Shown here: in pieces, positions 10,581 to 20,496 of the stretch
Numbering within the stretch: the stretch's first letter is position 1
How the letters are laid out: the number at the start of each line of letters is the position of its first letter
IMG/VR virus record: IMGVR_UViG_642918906_000001
Span: 32,001 to 96,000 of that record
Source: a virus
Taxonomy: Duplodnaviria; Caudoviricetes
Strand: one strand, 5' to 3'
DNA length: 64,000 nucleotides
Position numbers and translations under genes: made by a program
The notes under the pieces: model-generated
Told to the model about the DNA's origin: nothing
The model's input: only the letters and a program-made list of their open reading frames with translations
Database searches by the model: none

Positions 10581-10904
10581 ATGCTTGTTAACAACTATCA
10601 AATCGGTGCTGCACTTACCGGCGTAGCCGCTCTGTCGAGTATCACCACGTATCTGTTCTTTCGGAACAAGGACACTGAGCCTAAGCCGAAGTTCAGACGT
10701 GCGGATATTCGTGCCTTCAAAGGTACGATGACCGAGCGCTACAAACAACTCGATCTGGTTGAGCTCGAAGCAACCAAACGTCAAATCCTGGTTCAGGGTA
10801 CCCACGATACCATCGATCGTGATATCCACCAGTTGTTTGACGAGGTCGATATTCCCGACCTGATCGAACACAACAATAAGCTGTTTTCGAAACACAGTCA
10901 CTAA
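10581..10904 (+). CDS. Early N-terminally anchored membrane protein
   Basis: AGGAG SD, TM segment, has its own promoter and terminator. Confidence 0.85.
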   Translation: MLVNNYQIGAALTGVAALSSITTYLFFRNKDTEPKPKFRRADIRAFKGTMTERYKQLDLVELEATKRQILVQGTHDTIDRDIHQLFDEVDIPDLIEHNNKLFSKHSH

Positions 10905-10918
10905 AACGTTAAAATTAT

Positions 10919-10944
10919 GGGGTACCTTCGGGTACCCCTTTTTT
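10919..10944 (+). terminator. Intrinsic terminator
   Basis: GGGGTACC-TTCG-GGTACCCC-TTTTTT. Confidence 0.9.
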
Positions 10945-10997
10945 ACCTTTTCTTTTTTATACTCGCCTCCCTTTAGTATGTATACTGGGAGACACAC

Positions 10998-13145
10998 ATG
11001 GAACAAACTAACCTTAAACCGAATCCGTTTTACCAAGATATTTCTGAATACACTCGTGAACTTGAGATCATTGACCCGATGCAACGCGACGCTGCCTTGT
11101 ATCTGGCAGCTATGACTGGTGATGACCTAGATAAATGCCTAGCATTCGTACAGGCTGAAACCAGCACTGGCGGACAGTTTGAGCTGACCGATCCAAAGAC
11201 CATGATTCTGGATAAGAACCGTCATGGTGACCGTGAGAAAAAGGTTGTAAAGTTTAGTCAGTACCTTGGACGTATCAAACAACATAAACTGTTGTTGTCT
11301 CCATCGATGACTGTATACATGCCTGAAGATGCTCGTCAGTCCACACACGCTAAATACATTGAAGAAGGCGTAGCTAACCGTAAACGAGTTAAGAAAGAAC
11401 AACTCCGGTTAGAAGGTGAAGGTACTGTTGAAGCAACCGAACTTGCCGCTGTCCGAAAGGGTGAACAAGAGAACTTCAAAATTAACAATAACTCCTACTC
11501 TGGAGCTACCGTTAGTCAGGCCACTATTCTTTATTACAAATCAACTCACTCGAGTTTGACCTCTACTTGCCGTACTGCAACCTCGTATGCCAACGCTAAC
11601 AACGAGAAGTTCATTATGGGTAACCGTCACTACTACGCGCTAGAAGTGACGAAAGCTAATATGCTCAGTATCGCTAACATTACTGACTTGAAGCTATTGA
11701 AAGAATGCATGGACCGTTTCAACATGCATTACCCAACTGCTGACGAAATTGTTGACATGGTTGTTTATTCGACTACTCACTATTTCCCTGCCGATATGGA
11801 TCAGATCCGCAAGTTGGCTGAAGGACTGGGTCCATTGAAACGTGCAGCGATTATGTACGTTGGTGATCTGTACCACACCTACAAACATAACCCTGAGTTG
11901 GTTCGTGGATTCTTGACTGAACTAAGTTCGTTGGGTACTCCTGATCAAATCGTTTCGAAAGAGACCTATGGTACTTACGATAGTGACATGCAACTATTGG
12001 CCAGCTTTATCTGTTTCGAATCTATTAAAGGTCGTAACAATGAAAAGCTCGCTGAGGAATCCCCAGAAGTATTTGATCTGATCTATGCCACGGGTAACAA
12101 CATCTCGCAAGTACTGAATAAGTACCTGTTGTTTATCAAGGCACTGTTCCTGACCAAGAACGTACCATCGAGTATCCATGCATTCCCTACAGCTTATCGT
12201 CGAGCAGCCGTGATCTCCGACACAGACTCGACTATGTTCACCATGCAGTACTGGGTTGAGGAATTCTTTGGTCGTATCTGCTTTACTCCTGAAGCTAAAC
12301 GGCTAGTGTTCGCATTGGTGTTCTTGGTATCTGAAGTAGTGATGCACATTCTAGCATTGCAGTCTACAGCAATGGGTGTAGCTGAGAAGAAGCTTCGTTT
12401 GCTGGCCATGAAGAACGAATACTACTTTGCCGTACTGAGCCTGACCACACGTTCGAAACATTACTATGCTTCGCAAGATGCATTGGAAGGTGTAATGTTC
12501 AACAAAGCGCGTATGGAGGTTAAGGGTGTAGGTCTTCGAGATTCTAAAGTACCACCTAGAATCAACAAAGCAGCTAAGAAAATGATGGACCACATCATCA
12601 CCCAGATCAAAGCGGAACAACCACTGGATCTACCTGCACTGCTTAAACAGATTGGTGACATTGAGCGTGACATCATCGAGTCGATCTTCAGCGGTAAAGC
12701 TGAATACTTGACTACGGGTAAAGTAAAACAACTGAACGCGTATAAGACTGAGTCTAACGCTACTTACGCTAAGTACAAGTTCTGGAAAGAAGTCTTTGAA
12801 CCTTCGTTCGGTTTCTTGGAAGCTCCACCTTATTCGTTTGTTAAGATCTCTGTGACCATTAACAACCGTACTCGTTTTGAGGCATGGGTTGATTCCATTG
12901 AAGATAAAGGCTTAGCGATGCGTTTGAAGAAATGGGCCTTGGACAACAACAAGAAAGGCATCACAAACTTCCACGTACCAATGTCTGTTGTTGAGAACCA
13001 CGGTATTCCAGAAGTAATCACTCGTGTAGCAAACGTGCGCACGGTAATCGCTAACACAATGGGTGCATTCTATTTGCTGATGGAATCCTTGGGGATCATG
13101 TTGATCGATAAGAAGAACACCCGTCTGATTTCAGACTTCTATTAA
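10998..13145 (+). CDS. Split family-B DNA polymerase, polymerase subunit (phiKZ gp50-like)
   Basis: Motif B KINNNSYSG, motif C SDTDS, KxY (KHYY), thumb KGV. Confidence 0.9.
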   Translation: MEQTNLKPNPFYQDISEYTRELEIIDPMQRDAALYLAAMTGDDLDKCLAFVQAETSTGGQFELTDPKTMILDKNRHGDREKKVVKFSQYLGRIKQHKLLLSPSMTVYMPEDARQSTHAKYIEEGVANRKRVKKEQLRLEGEGTVEATELAAVRKGEQENFKINNNSYSGATVSQATILYYKSTHSSLTSTCRTATSYANANNEKFIMGNRHYYALEVTKANMLSIANITDLKLLKECMDRFNMHYPTADEIVDMVVYSTTHYFPADMDQIRKLAEGLGPLKRAAIMYVGDLYHTYKHNPELVRGFLTELSSLGTPDQIVSKETYGTYDSDMQLLASFICFESIKGRNNEKLAEESPEVFDLIYATGNNISQVLNKYLLFIKALFLTKNVPSSIHAFPTAYRRAAVISDTDSTMFTMQYWVEEFFGRICFTPEAKRLVFALVFLVSEVVMHILALQSTAMGVAEKKLRLLAMKNEYYFAVLSLTTRSKHYYASQDALEGVMFNKARMEVKGVGLRDSKVPPRINKAAKKMMDHIITQIKAEQPLDLPALLKQIGDIERDIIESIFSGKAEYLTTGKVKQLNAYKTESNATYAKYKFWKEVFEPSFGFLEAPPYSFVKISVTINNRTRFEAWVDSIEDKGLAMRLKKWALDNNKKGITNFHVPMSVVENHGIPEVITRVANVRTVIANTMGAFYLLMESLGIMLIDKKNTRLISDFY

Positions 13146-13164
13146 TTTAAGTCGAGGTACTATT

Positions 13165-13542
13165 ATGTCATACGAAGAAGAACTAGACCTTAAGATCGCT
13201 AAGTATTGCGATCCATACTACACGTTTGATTACATTACCCGTGATGAGATCGAACTGCTTAAGATCAAAGTAAAGAGCTATTTCCTGAATAATAAGCAAG
13301 ACCTTTTAGACATCCGTGTTGTAGGTAAGGTAAATGACTACCTAGCCGAATGCACGATTAGTCCATCTTACAGCAGTACTGCATTTAAGGTGACCGAGCT
13401 AGATGGTAAGTTTACGGTAAACGTAACTATCGACCCGCATGATCCAGATCCAGAGACTACCTTAAACTTCATCGCCAGTGAATTCAATCGAATGCAGCCA
13501 GACGTTGAAATCAAAGTGGTGCCCGCCGATGAAGACATTTGA
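13165..13542 (+). CDS. Hypothetical protein
   Basis: GAGG SD. Confidence 0.75.
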   Translation: MSYEEELDLKIAKYCDPYYTFDYITRDEIELLKIKVKSYFLNNKQDLLDIRVVGKVNDYLAECTISPSYSSTAFKVTELDGKFTVNVTIDPHDPDPETTLNFIASEFNRMQPDVEIKVVPADEDI

Positions 13543-13741
13543 AGAACAAATCAATGATCTGATTGAAGGCATCAAGATCGGCTATGGCAGTGATGATACC
13601 CATTGGGGTTCTATTGAGGCCACTGTAAGAGTTTTGGAATTCGTTCGTACATTGGGACCTGACCTAGTTGGCCTGAGTGAAGAAGATTTCGAAGGTTTAA
13701 TACTAAAAGCAATTAAGGGTGATATCAATGAAAACCTTTGA
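13529..13741 (+). CDS. Small hypothetical protein (paralog pair)
   Basis: MKTFEEQIND...ATVRVLEFVR. Confidence 0.7.
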   Translation: MKTFEEQINDLIEGIKIGYGSDDTHWGSIEATVRVLEFVRTLGPDLVGLSEEDFEGLILKAIKGDINENL

Positions 13742-13919
13742 AGAAGATATCGACAAACTATGTGACCAGCTTGACGACTGTATCAGTGGTGTGGGTATTA
13801 ACATGGAGGCGATCGCCAAAACCGTTCGTCTCCTAGAATACCTACGTAATGAAGCCGTTAACCTCGAGTACACATCTGAAGCAAACATCCAAGCTTTGCT
13901 TCATGAGGTCATCAGTTAA
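13728..13919 (+). CDS. Small hypothetical protein (paralog pair)
   Basis: MKTFEEDIDK...KTVRLLEYLR. Confidence 0.7.
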   Translation: MKTFEEDIDKLCDQLDDCISGVGINMEAIAKTVRLLEYLRNEAVNLEYTSEANIQALLHEVIS

Positions 13920-13928
13920 TAGAATCGG

Positions 13929-13952
13929 TTTCAAGTTTATATCATGATTGGG
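13929..13952 (+). promoter_or_regulatory. Variant early promoter (TATATCAT core)
   Basis: TTTCAAGTT-TATATCAT-GATT-GGG, similar to the 6073 site. Confidence 0.5.
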
Positions 13953-13975
13953 ATATCAACCAAAGGTACCCAATC

Positions 13976-14191
13976 ATGATTACTGTAATGTTTAAGCTGC
14001 CTGATGGTCCACCGACTACTGTGGTTGTAGCTGATCACGATGATCTGTTGGAACTGTGCCATGTACTCGAAGATGCACATGTAGTACAGTCGTACACCAT
14101 CAGTGAACCGCAGCGAGTTATACACACCGTTGAAGTATATGGCTGGCGAGACCACAGTTTCCCTAAATTCAAATACGAACTGGAATTCTGA
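13976..14191 (+). CDS. Small hypothetical protein
   Basis: AAGG SD, similar to 20263-20493. Confidence 0.75.
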   Translation: MITVMFKLPDGPPTTVVVADHDDLLELCHVLEDAHVVQSYTISEPQRVIHTVEVYGWRDHSFPKFKYELEF

Positions 14192-14193
14192 AC

Positions 14194-15978
14194 ATGAGTA
14201 CCGTAATCCCGAAAGATCTAACTGGACTTGTAAAGCATCCAACTAAACTAGATTGTTGGATTCCAGGTGAAGCCAGAAACGGTAAAAATCTCTGTATGGA
14301 AATTCCACTCGGTAAGAATATGGAATGCACTCTAGGTAAACCGGATCTTTCCAAGCTGACTCATAACCACCTGACCCAGATCCAGATGGAACTCTGGAAC
14401 AATCGTGGTGGTGGTCCAGAAGGTAAGATCATTAACTCGTTCTACGCAGGGGCCACTCCTGAGCAACTGATGTCGAGTGAAGAAGTACAGGACCATACTG
14501 ATGATCTCATCCATTATCTGGGTGATGCAAAGAGGGCGTCCGATTACATCGACCAACTCTTGCGTGATGTACGACACCACATCGTCGAAAAAGACATCAT
14601 GCCTTACGAGATGCCAGCTAACAATAAGTCGACCATGGAAGTATTCAATGAGATTTCGCTGGATTGGAAAACTCAGATCTATAACAATGTAGTCAAACGC
14701 TTCGGTGGTGAACCTTCGACTTACCTTCAGGGTATCACGAAAGACACCAATCTCCCAGAGATGGCGGTTGAAGAGTTTGCCAACGTCGTTATAAAAGAAC
14801 ATGACAACGACCCAAAGGTAGCTGCTGAGATACTGAAGGCGGCTATCACAGAACACATTACGATGATGTCGTCTGTAATGATTAATAACGCACTTAAAGA
14901 AAAAGGTCTGATGGGCCAAATCACCAAGGTAACGGATAACATGATCGAACAAGTAAACGCTAAAACTGAACTTAACGAACAAATCAAAGCAACTCTGGAT
15001 GATATCAGTCAGGTTACTATTGACTCCACTAAACATAAAGAAGTGGCTCCAACCGAAGATCAATTCCATAACCCTAAGCACGTCAAGTTCGACGACAAGG
15101 GTAACGTGATTCGTAAGAAGAAAGGTAAGCGTAAATCCCAACACATCCCTAACATGAAAAACAAATCTGTTAAGCGTGCTCTGGGTGCTTCGATCCTTCA
15201 CATGCTAGGCGATGTTCAACGTAAGACTCAGGATGCCAACAAGCGTGAACTGCTGAAAGCTCTGCCATTGGCTGACGTAGTTGAAATGGCAACTGGCGAT
15301 AAGCTGCCAGATTACCAAGCCAACCTGCTGAACGCTATGCAGGCTAAGGCTGATCCAACTGCTCCGATCGTTGAACGCATGGCCAAAACCAGCGAACCTG
15401 ATCCATACGAAAAGCTCCTTGATGAAACCGTCTCTAAGTATATCTCACGAGATCTACTACCTGCTGAAATCAGTGACGAACAAGCTATTGAAATAATCGC
15501 TTCCGTTAAAAAATCATTCCTAGATAATCATAAATTGCCAACTCCTGAAAGTATCTGGATTGCCGATGGTATTGTGCATAGCGATTTCAGTAAAGGTACC
15601 GATTATATTCCAGTTAGTGTTGACTTCACTGGTGAAAAGGTACGCGATCTATACGTGAATGTTGAAGATCAAAAGTACTTCTTGCATTACGAGTGGTTCA
15701 CTGAATACGCAGCTGACCATATGGGTACCACTATCGCATTCATTCAAGATCGATTGGATGTTAAATATTGGGATGGCCTAAAGGCCGCGGTTATCGAATC
15801 GGTAACTGACCTTTACCCTAGCTGGAAAGCTGAGTTTACTAACGAAGAAATCCATTCCCTGATCTATAAAGTCGTTACCGGCTACACCGTAGGTTTTGTT
15901 CAAGGTCTGGTTGATACCGAGCATAAACTGCGTGCCAGCATTAATGCAGAAACTGTAACTGCTGCTGATCTCGGCTAA
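14194..15978 (+). CDS. Large hypothetical protein
   Basis: 594 aa, central basic patch RKKKGKRK. Confidence 0.85.
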   Translation: MSTVIPKDLTGLVKHPTKLDCWIPGEARNGKNLCMEIPLGKNMECTLGKPDLSKLTHNHLTQIQMELWNNRGGGPEGKIINSFYAGATPEQLMSSEEVQDHTDDLIHYLGDAKRASDYIDQLLRDVRHHIVEKDIMPYEMPANNKSTMEVFNEISLDWKTQIYNNVVKRFGGEPSTYLQGITKDTNLPEMAVEEFANVVIKEHDNDPKVAAEILKAAITEHITMMSSVMINNALKEKGLMGQITKVTDNMIEQVNAKTELNEQIKATLDDISQVTIDSTKHKEVAPTEDQFHNPKHVKFDDKGNVIRKKKGKRKSQHIPNMKNKSVKRALGASILHMLGDVQRKTQDANKRELLKALPLADVVEMATGDKLPDYQANLLNAMQAKADPTAPIVERMAKTSEPDPYEKLLDETVSKYISRDLLPAEISDEQAIEIIASVKKSFLDNHKLPTPESIWIADGIVHSDFSKGTDYIPVSVDFTGEKVRDLYVNVEDQKYFLHYEWFTEYAADHMGTTIAFIQDRLDVKYWDGLKAAVIESVTDLYPSWKAEFTNEEIHSLIYKVVTGYTVGFVQGLVDTEHKLRASINAETVTAADLG

Positions 15979-15982
15979 TTAT

Positions 15983-16013
15983 AGTCCCCTCCTTCGGGAG
16001 GGGCTTTATTCCG
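15983..16013 (+). terminator. Hairpin terminator
   Basis: CCCCTCC-TTCG-GGAGGGG-CTTTATTCCG. Confidence 0.85.
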
Positions 16014-16025
16014 CAAAGGTGTCCT

Positions 16026-16466
16026 ATGGAACAACGTTCAATTCGCAGCCTTATCGCTAACCTGAAGCGTCACTATAACCTGATGGGTGAAGAGATCCTT
16101 GCCTGTTACGACACAGCTGTAAATGGCTTGTGGAGTCTTACAGAGGTTAAGTATCCGACCGTTTCGGTAAGTCCATCTAACTGGAAGAAGCTTGCTGATA
16201 AACTGGATCTCGATGCACAGGTAAAACATCCGGGTAGTAACGTACCATGCCTGTTGTTGTTTAACGGGCTCTACGTTCGGTCAGAAGCCCGTGTAGCCGA
16301 TTGCCATGTACTCTGGGTATCGACTCTGGGTTGTTATTGCCCGACCTCTCAGTACCTTGTGGACAGTATGCAACGAGTGGTAATGTCATCTAAGTCTACC
16401 AAGAAACAAATCGAGTATGCCAACAGGGTGCTCAATGCGATTAACAAACGTTTGGAGAAAGTATGA
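16026..16466 (+). CDS. Hypothetical protein
   Basis: AAGGTG SD. Confidence 0.75.
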   Translation: MEQRSIRSLIANLKRHYNLMGEEILACYDTAVNGLWSLTEVKYPTVSVSPSNWKKLADKLDLDAQVKHPGSNVPCLLLFNGLYVRSEARVADCHVLWVSTLGCYCPTSQYLVDSMQRVVMSSKSTKKQIEYANRVLNAINKRLEKV

Positions 16467-16765
16467 CACAGTTATCTATCTGGCGTCTTAGTCTCAAGTC
16501 TTTGGTGAATGGTGGAAGGCGTGGTGGTATACACGTGATCGTCGTGGTCGCTGAAAATGAAGCAGTGGCACGTACCCTGGCTTCGGAGTGCTCCACGAGT
16601 GACCACGGTCATCATCAGATACTCCAACAATACCTCGATCCAGCGAAGACCCACTGTAAGTTAATCGGCTACGCTTTACCTGAATCAGCTGAAGGTGTGA
16701 TGGCAGTCGATTACGACTATGATTATGACCACGTTAAATACACATGGGTGAAGGATGATAATTAA
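16463..16765 (+). CDS. Small protein of the 'A-x-x-x-x-x-A...IG' paralog family
   Basis: VIVVVAENEAVA...KLIGYA. Confidence 0.75.
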   Translation: MTQLSIWRLSLKSLVNGGRRGGIHVIVVVAENEAVARTLASECSTSDHGHHQILQQYLDPAKTHCKLIGYALPESAEGVMAVDYDYDYDHVKYTWVKDDN

Positions 16766-16956
16766 TGACTAAACCATTTTGTGAGTTCCTACAGGAAGCT
16801 ACCAACCAACGTAAAACAGCTAAGGCTATTATTAAGGATACAATCACTCCAGAAGAACTCGATGCGATCCAGCGTCGCGCTAACTTCGAACAAACATACA
16901 TGGTTAACATTAACTACGGTCGTATGGGGAGTAAAGACAATGCACCTGCACGCTAA
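16765..16956 (+). CDS. Small hypothetical protein
   Basis: TAATG coupling. Confidence 0.65.
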   Translation: MTKPFCEFLQEATNQRKTAKAIIKDTITPEELDAIQRRANFEQTYMVNINYGRMGSKDNAPAR

Positions 16957-17110
16957 CGAGCTGAATACCATTCGTGGTAACCTACGTGACTTCGTTGTCC
17001 GTAATAAAATCACATTCATTCTACCTAAGGCGACACCTCTACCTGAGGGTGAAACTAACAGCGCGAAGATTCGTGTGATTGATTACATCAGCTTACTGGA
17101 TAAACGCTAA
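16940..17110 (+). CDS. Small hypothetical protein
   Basis: GGGAG SD before ATG 16940. Confidence 0.6.
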   Translation: MHLHANELNTIRGNLRDFVVRNKITFILPKATPLPEGETNSAKIRVIDYISLLDKR

Positions 17111-17475
17111 TGTGGAATAAACCTCTGGAAGTTTCGGATCAACCTAAACCAGAACCGGCTCCTTATACTCCTCCAGAACGTAAGGTATTAAAGCCGGAAG
17201 ATACATCGATCACCTTTATTCGTAATGAACGCAAGGATATCGACTACTCCGGGTACCGTGCGTATCTGTTCCACTTCGCTCATCGTACCGAGGTAGGTGA
17301 TAAAGAAATTTATCACGCTATTATCTCAGCAGCTACTATGGATGAAGCTATTGCTATCTTCGTAGCTGACTGCGTACGTGACGAAGAGTCTTATGTTGAC
17401 GCCATCTACGAAGTTGAAATTATCGGTATCGATCTCAAAACAGATCGTGATTCCCATTGGGTAATGGAGGTTTAA
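17110..17475 (+). CDS. Paralog family member
   Basis: AIISAATMDEA...VEIIGID. Confidence 0.8.
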   Translation: MWNKPLEVSDQPKPEPAPYTPPERKVLKPEDTSITFIRNERKDIDYSGYRAYLFHFAHRTEVGDKEIYHAIISAATMDEAIAIFVADCVRDEESYVDAIYEVEIIGIDLKTDRDSHWVMEV

Positions 17476-17825
17476 TGAACATCGTAATGACCTGTGAAAA
17501 AGAATTCCATCCAGGTGTAATGATCGACCGTCAAGTCGAGTTGGATGAAACCCTTAAGGTCGTGGGCGCTGGCGGCAACTATATCTGGCAAGTTGAAGCC
17601 GATCTGATTGACGACAGTGAATACGATAACGGTTTCCAATACGACACGTACGTCGGCTTCGTTATTGCGGCCCCTGATCCTGCTACCGTTTGGAAGCTTA
17701 TGTCGGAGCGGACTAACTTGGGTGATTGCGATTATGACAATTACAAATGGAAAATGCGTGTAATCGGTATTGACATTACTGGTGATGGTAAACGTATCAT
17801 CCAATCGGATCGTAAGGTGGGGTAA
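17475..17825 (+). CDS. Paralog family member
   Basis: GGAGG SD, FVIAAPDPAT...MRVIGID. Confidence 0.8.
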   Translation: MNIVMTCEKEFHPGVMIDRQVELDETLKVVGAGGNYIWQVEADLIDDSEYDNGFQYDTYVGFVIAAPDPATVWKLMSERTNLGDCDYDNYKWKMRVIGIDITGDGKRIIQSDRKVG

Positions 17826-17828
17826 GTT

Positions 17829-18002
17829 ATGAGCAGTGAAGTACAGGGTAGTTTGTGGGAGATCTATCAGGATATCGGTCGTAGCGACGCTAGCAAAGAA
17901 ATGACCGATACTCAAAAAGTACAGTTGGTTAAAGATCTTCGTGATACTGCGGATAAACTGGAAGCTAGCATATTGAAGGACAAAGGGGAAAATCATGGAT
18001 AA
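17829..18002 (+). CDS. Small hypothetical protein (57 aa, not in the ORF track)
   Basis: MSSEVQGSLWEIYQDIGRSD...; fills the gap. Confidence 0.65.
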   Translation: MSSEVQGSLWEIYQDIGRSDASKEMTDTQKVQLVKDLRDTADKLEASILKDKGENHG

Positions 18003-18330
18003 TGAATACATGATTCGTGGCGGGGATATGGTCCACATTAGTCAAGTTGGATCGACCCCGTCATTTAATAAAGACGGCCTCTCAATGCTTTGGCACATTA
18101 AAAACGTTGAGCCTTCTACCGATGAATATGATGACGATTATGGTTTTGTACCAACTGGTCGTGATAAAGTTTTCATTGTATCGGCAGAGACGTATAATGC
18201 AGCTGTCCAACTACATTTGAGTAATATGGGTATGGAACATCATGAATACGCTGGTAGTCAGTGGACCATTGAATACATTGGTATTGATCAACGCGATGAT
18301 CAAACCAGTAAGTTCATTCTCTGTGCATGA
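17995..18330 (+). CDS. Paralog family member
   Basis: FIVSAETYNAA...IEYIGID. Confidence 0.8.
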   Translation: MDNEYMIRGGDMVHISQVGSTPSFNKDGLSMLWHIKNVEPSTDEYDDDYGFVPTGRDKVFIVSAETYNAAVQLHLSNMGMEHHEYAGSQWTIEYIGIDQRDDQTSKFILCA

Positions 18331-18353
18331 CTAATTAACCATTGGAGAAACAA

Positions 18354-18656
18354 ATGTCCCACAATGAGTTGAGCGAAATTACCTATCAGGGTAACACTTA
18401 CACTCTGATCGATAATACTGAATTCGGTCCAAATGAAACGGCGAACAGTATTTATCACTTCATTAACTGTGCTGAACCGCGTATTATTGACGCCAGTTGT
18501 GTCCACGAAGTTATGGTTTCGGCTGAGTCGTTTGCTGCCGCGATCGAAGAGTTCCATCATACCTACCGTGTACAACACGGCGTGCCCCACACCGTCGAGT
18601 ATATTGGTAATGACCTCAGAGCAAAGACGGCTGACCCACATTTGATCAGCAAATAA
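18354..18656 (+). CDS. Paralog family member
   Basis: GGAG SD, VMVSAESFAAA...VEYIGND. Confidence 0.8.
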   Translation: MSHNELSEITYQGNTYTLIDNTEFGPNETANSIYHFINCAEPRIIDASCVHEVMVSAESFAAAIEEFHHTYRVQHGVPHTVEYIGNDLRAKTADPHLISK

Positions 18657-18660
18657 AAAA

Positions 18661-18695
18661 CGACATATTGCCCCTCCTTACGGAGGGGCTTTATT
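18661..18695. terminator. Bidirectional terminator
   Basis: CGACATATTGCCCCTCC-TTAC-GGAGGGGCTTTAT between convergent stops. Confidence 0.85.
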
Positions 18696-19787
18696 TCAAT
18701 TCTTTTTTGACTTAATGTCATCGATCAACTCGGCGATTTGTTTACGGAATATCTTAACAAATTCAGTGTTACCCATTTGATTAAAGATCTGATCGTTAGA
18801 ACCCTCAATCAAGTCAATCATTACAGCGTTGATCTGCGATGCATCATAACCATGGTTACGCATTACCATTCGCACCAAGTACCTTACGTATGGTAACCGT
18901 GCCATGGTCATAGCCCATTGGTTCTGATACGTTACTGGCTCACGTGGTAATTTGATTACCTCAAAGAGATTAGGTTTAACAATCATTGGCGTGATTGCAG
19001 CTAACCCTTCAACTTCAATACCTTTAAGTAATGCCTCAAAATTAATCGATTCCTCGATACGCTTGAGCTTCTCAGAAAGATCCGTAATGTAGAAAGGATG
19101 TGGTGATGGGAAAGGTGTATTAGGTATACCTTGCGATTGTCTATCCAACCGATTAAAGAAAGCAATGTCTAAAAAGCTTTCAATCATACTCGGTAACAGA
19201 ATACTACCCACAAAGCGATAAGCATTCTCAAACTGCATTACACCTTGGGTAGCTTGCCATCTCAACCAGTAACGGTATTGAACCATCAACATAGGAATGT
19301 TAATACTCAGTACACCAAAGGCACGTCCCGGTGTAGTGTTGTTCATGATCGGCAACATCATGTCTGTGCGGGTGTGGTATAGATAGCGAACGGGCTTCAA
19401 AGTACGCCATACCTTACCTAACCCTTCCATCTTAAACTTTTCATAGCTAGCTACAGCGATCTCTTCAGCCTGTGGCCCTAGAGTAATGCCCTTGGAATAG
19501 ATCGTTCCTTTATTAATAGGTGAAACGATTCCCAGTCGTGGGATTACACCTTTAGCCCAACGTTCAACTAAGTTAGCCCACTCAGCATCATCCAACCTTT
19601 CAGTGATTTCAAATTGCTGAATGATCGTAGCAAATAGATTATTCGAGGCTACGTACTTAGGTGCTTTACGATAATAGTTTTGGACATCGTTTATAAGTCC
19701 GGCATACTGACGACGGATATAACCAAGACCAGGGTCTACTGTCTGACCCAACTTCCGATTTGGTGCATCCCGGAATAGTGCATACAT
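18696..19787 (-). CDS. Conserved phiKZ-like protein (gp52-like by synteny, probably late/virion)
   Basis: 363 aa, AGGA SD, TATG about 30 nt upstream on the minus strand. Confidence 0.85.
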   Translation of the reverse strand: MYALFRDAPNRKLGQTVDPGLGYIRRQYAGLINDVQNYYRKAPKYVASNNLFATIIQQFEITERLDDAEWANLVERWAKGVIPRLGIVSPINKGTIYSKGITLGPQAEEIAVASYEKFKMEGLGKVWRTLKPVRYLYHTRTDMMLPIMNNTTPGRAFGVLSINIPMLMVQYRYWLRWQATQGVMQFENAYRFVGSILLPSMIESFLDIAFFNRLDRQSQGIPNTPFPSPHPFYITDLSEKLKRIEESINFEALLKGIEVEGLAAITPMIVKPNLFEVIKLPREPVTYQNQWAMTMARLPYVRYLVRMVMRNHGYDASQINAVMIDLIEGSNDQIFNQMGNTEFVKIFRKQIAELIDDIKSKKN

Positions 19788-19854
19788 TATTCTAGTTCCT
19801 GTTATTAGTGAAGCAACATACTGTACGATGCTGAGTATATAACATTGTAGGTCA

Positions 19855-19888
19855 ATAGATTTTATTTGAGATTTATATTACTAATGTG
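19855..19888 (+). promoter_or_regulatory. Early promoter
   Basis: TTTGAGATT-TATATTAC-TAAT-GTG. Confidence 0.85.
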
Positions 19889-19910
19889 TAAATTAACCAA
19901 GGTATCTGAC

Positions 19911-20087
19911 ATGTCCGTATACTTGATAATAAAGAAGAACAACCCACATTGCTTGTTCAACCCTTTAAATATCCATGACCCTAATATCAATGGGCAACTG
20001 TGGTACGACTGTGTAACACGGTTAGCAGATCGGCTTAATAAACATGCCTCCATGACCCAGATCATTGTAACCAAGCGAGTAAAGTAA
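19911..20087 (+). CDS. Small early protein
   Basis: AAGG SD, first gene after the promoter. Confidence 0.65.
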   Translation: MSVYLIIKKNNPHCLFNPLNIHDPNINGQLWYDCVTRLADRLNKHASMTQIIVTKRVK

Positions 20088-20089
20088 AA

Positions 20090-20263
20090 ATGGAACCCCT
20101 TCTTAGTATCACCCGTAAAGCAGCTAACGCCAAGATCACCAGTGAGTTCCTGATGCGTGGGAATAACATTGGATTGTTCCGCAACAGCTATGCTCGACTA
20201 CAACGTAAAATCCGCGAGGGTTCTAATATTGTTGCCATCTACGTCAATAGGAAAACAGCTTAA
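20090..20263 (+). CDS. Small basic early protein (57 aa, not in the ORF track)
   Basis: MEPLLSITRKAANAKITSEF...; TAATG-coupled to the next gene. Confidence 0.65.
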   Translation: MEPLLSITRKAANAKITSEFLMRGNNIGLFRNSYARLQRKIREGSNIVAIYVNRKTA

Positions 20264-20493
20264 TGTTAGCGACATTTCGCATCGAACACTTCGATGATAC
20301 CAACATTACTGAGTTGGTAACGTATGAGCGTAACAGTGTTTACCACATCATCATGATGTTGGAGTTGAATCAGAACGTTAAAGCCTACACGATCACTGCT
20401 GAAGGTGGTCCAGTGGAAGATCCACATCAGACGTATTCTTTCAGCTCGTTGGTCAGTATGTCAAAATACACAACCACTATCAATAAATGGTGA
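20263..20493 (+). CDS. Small early protein
   Basis: Coupled ORF, similar to 13976-14191. Confidence 0.75.
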   Translation: MLATFRIEHFDDTNITELVTYERNSVYHIIMMLELNQNVKAYTITAEGGPVEDPHQTYSFSSLVSMSKYTTTINKW

Positions 20494-20496
20494 GTC

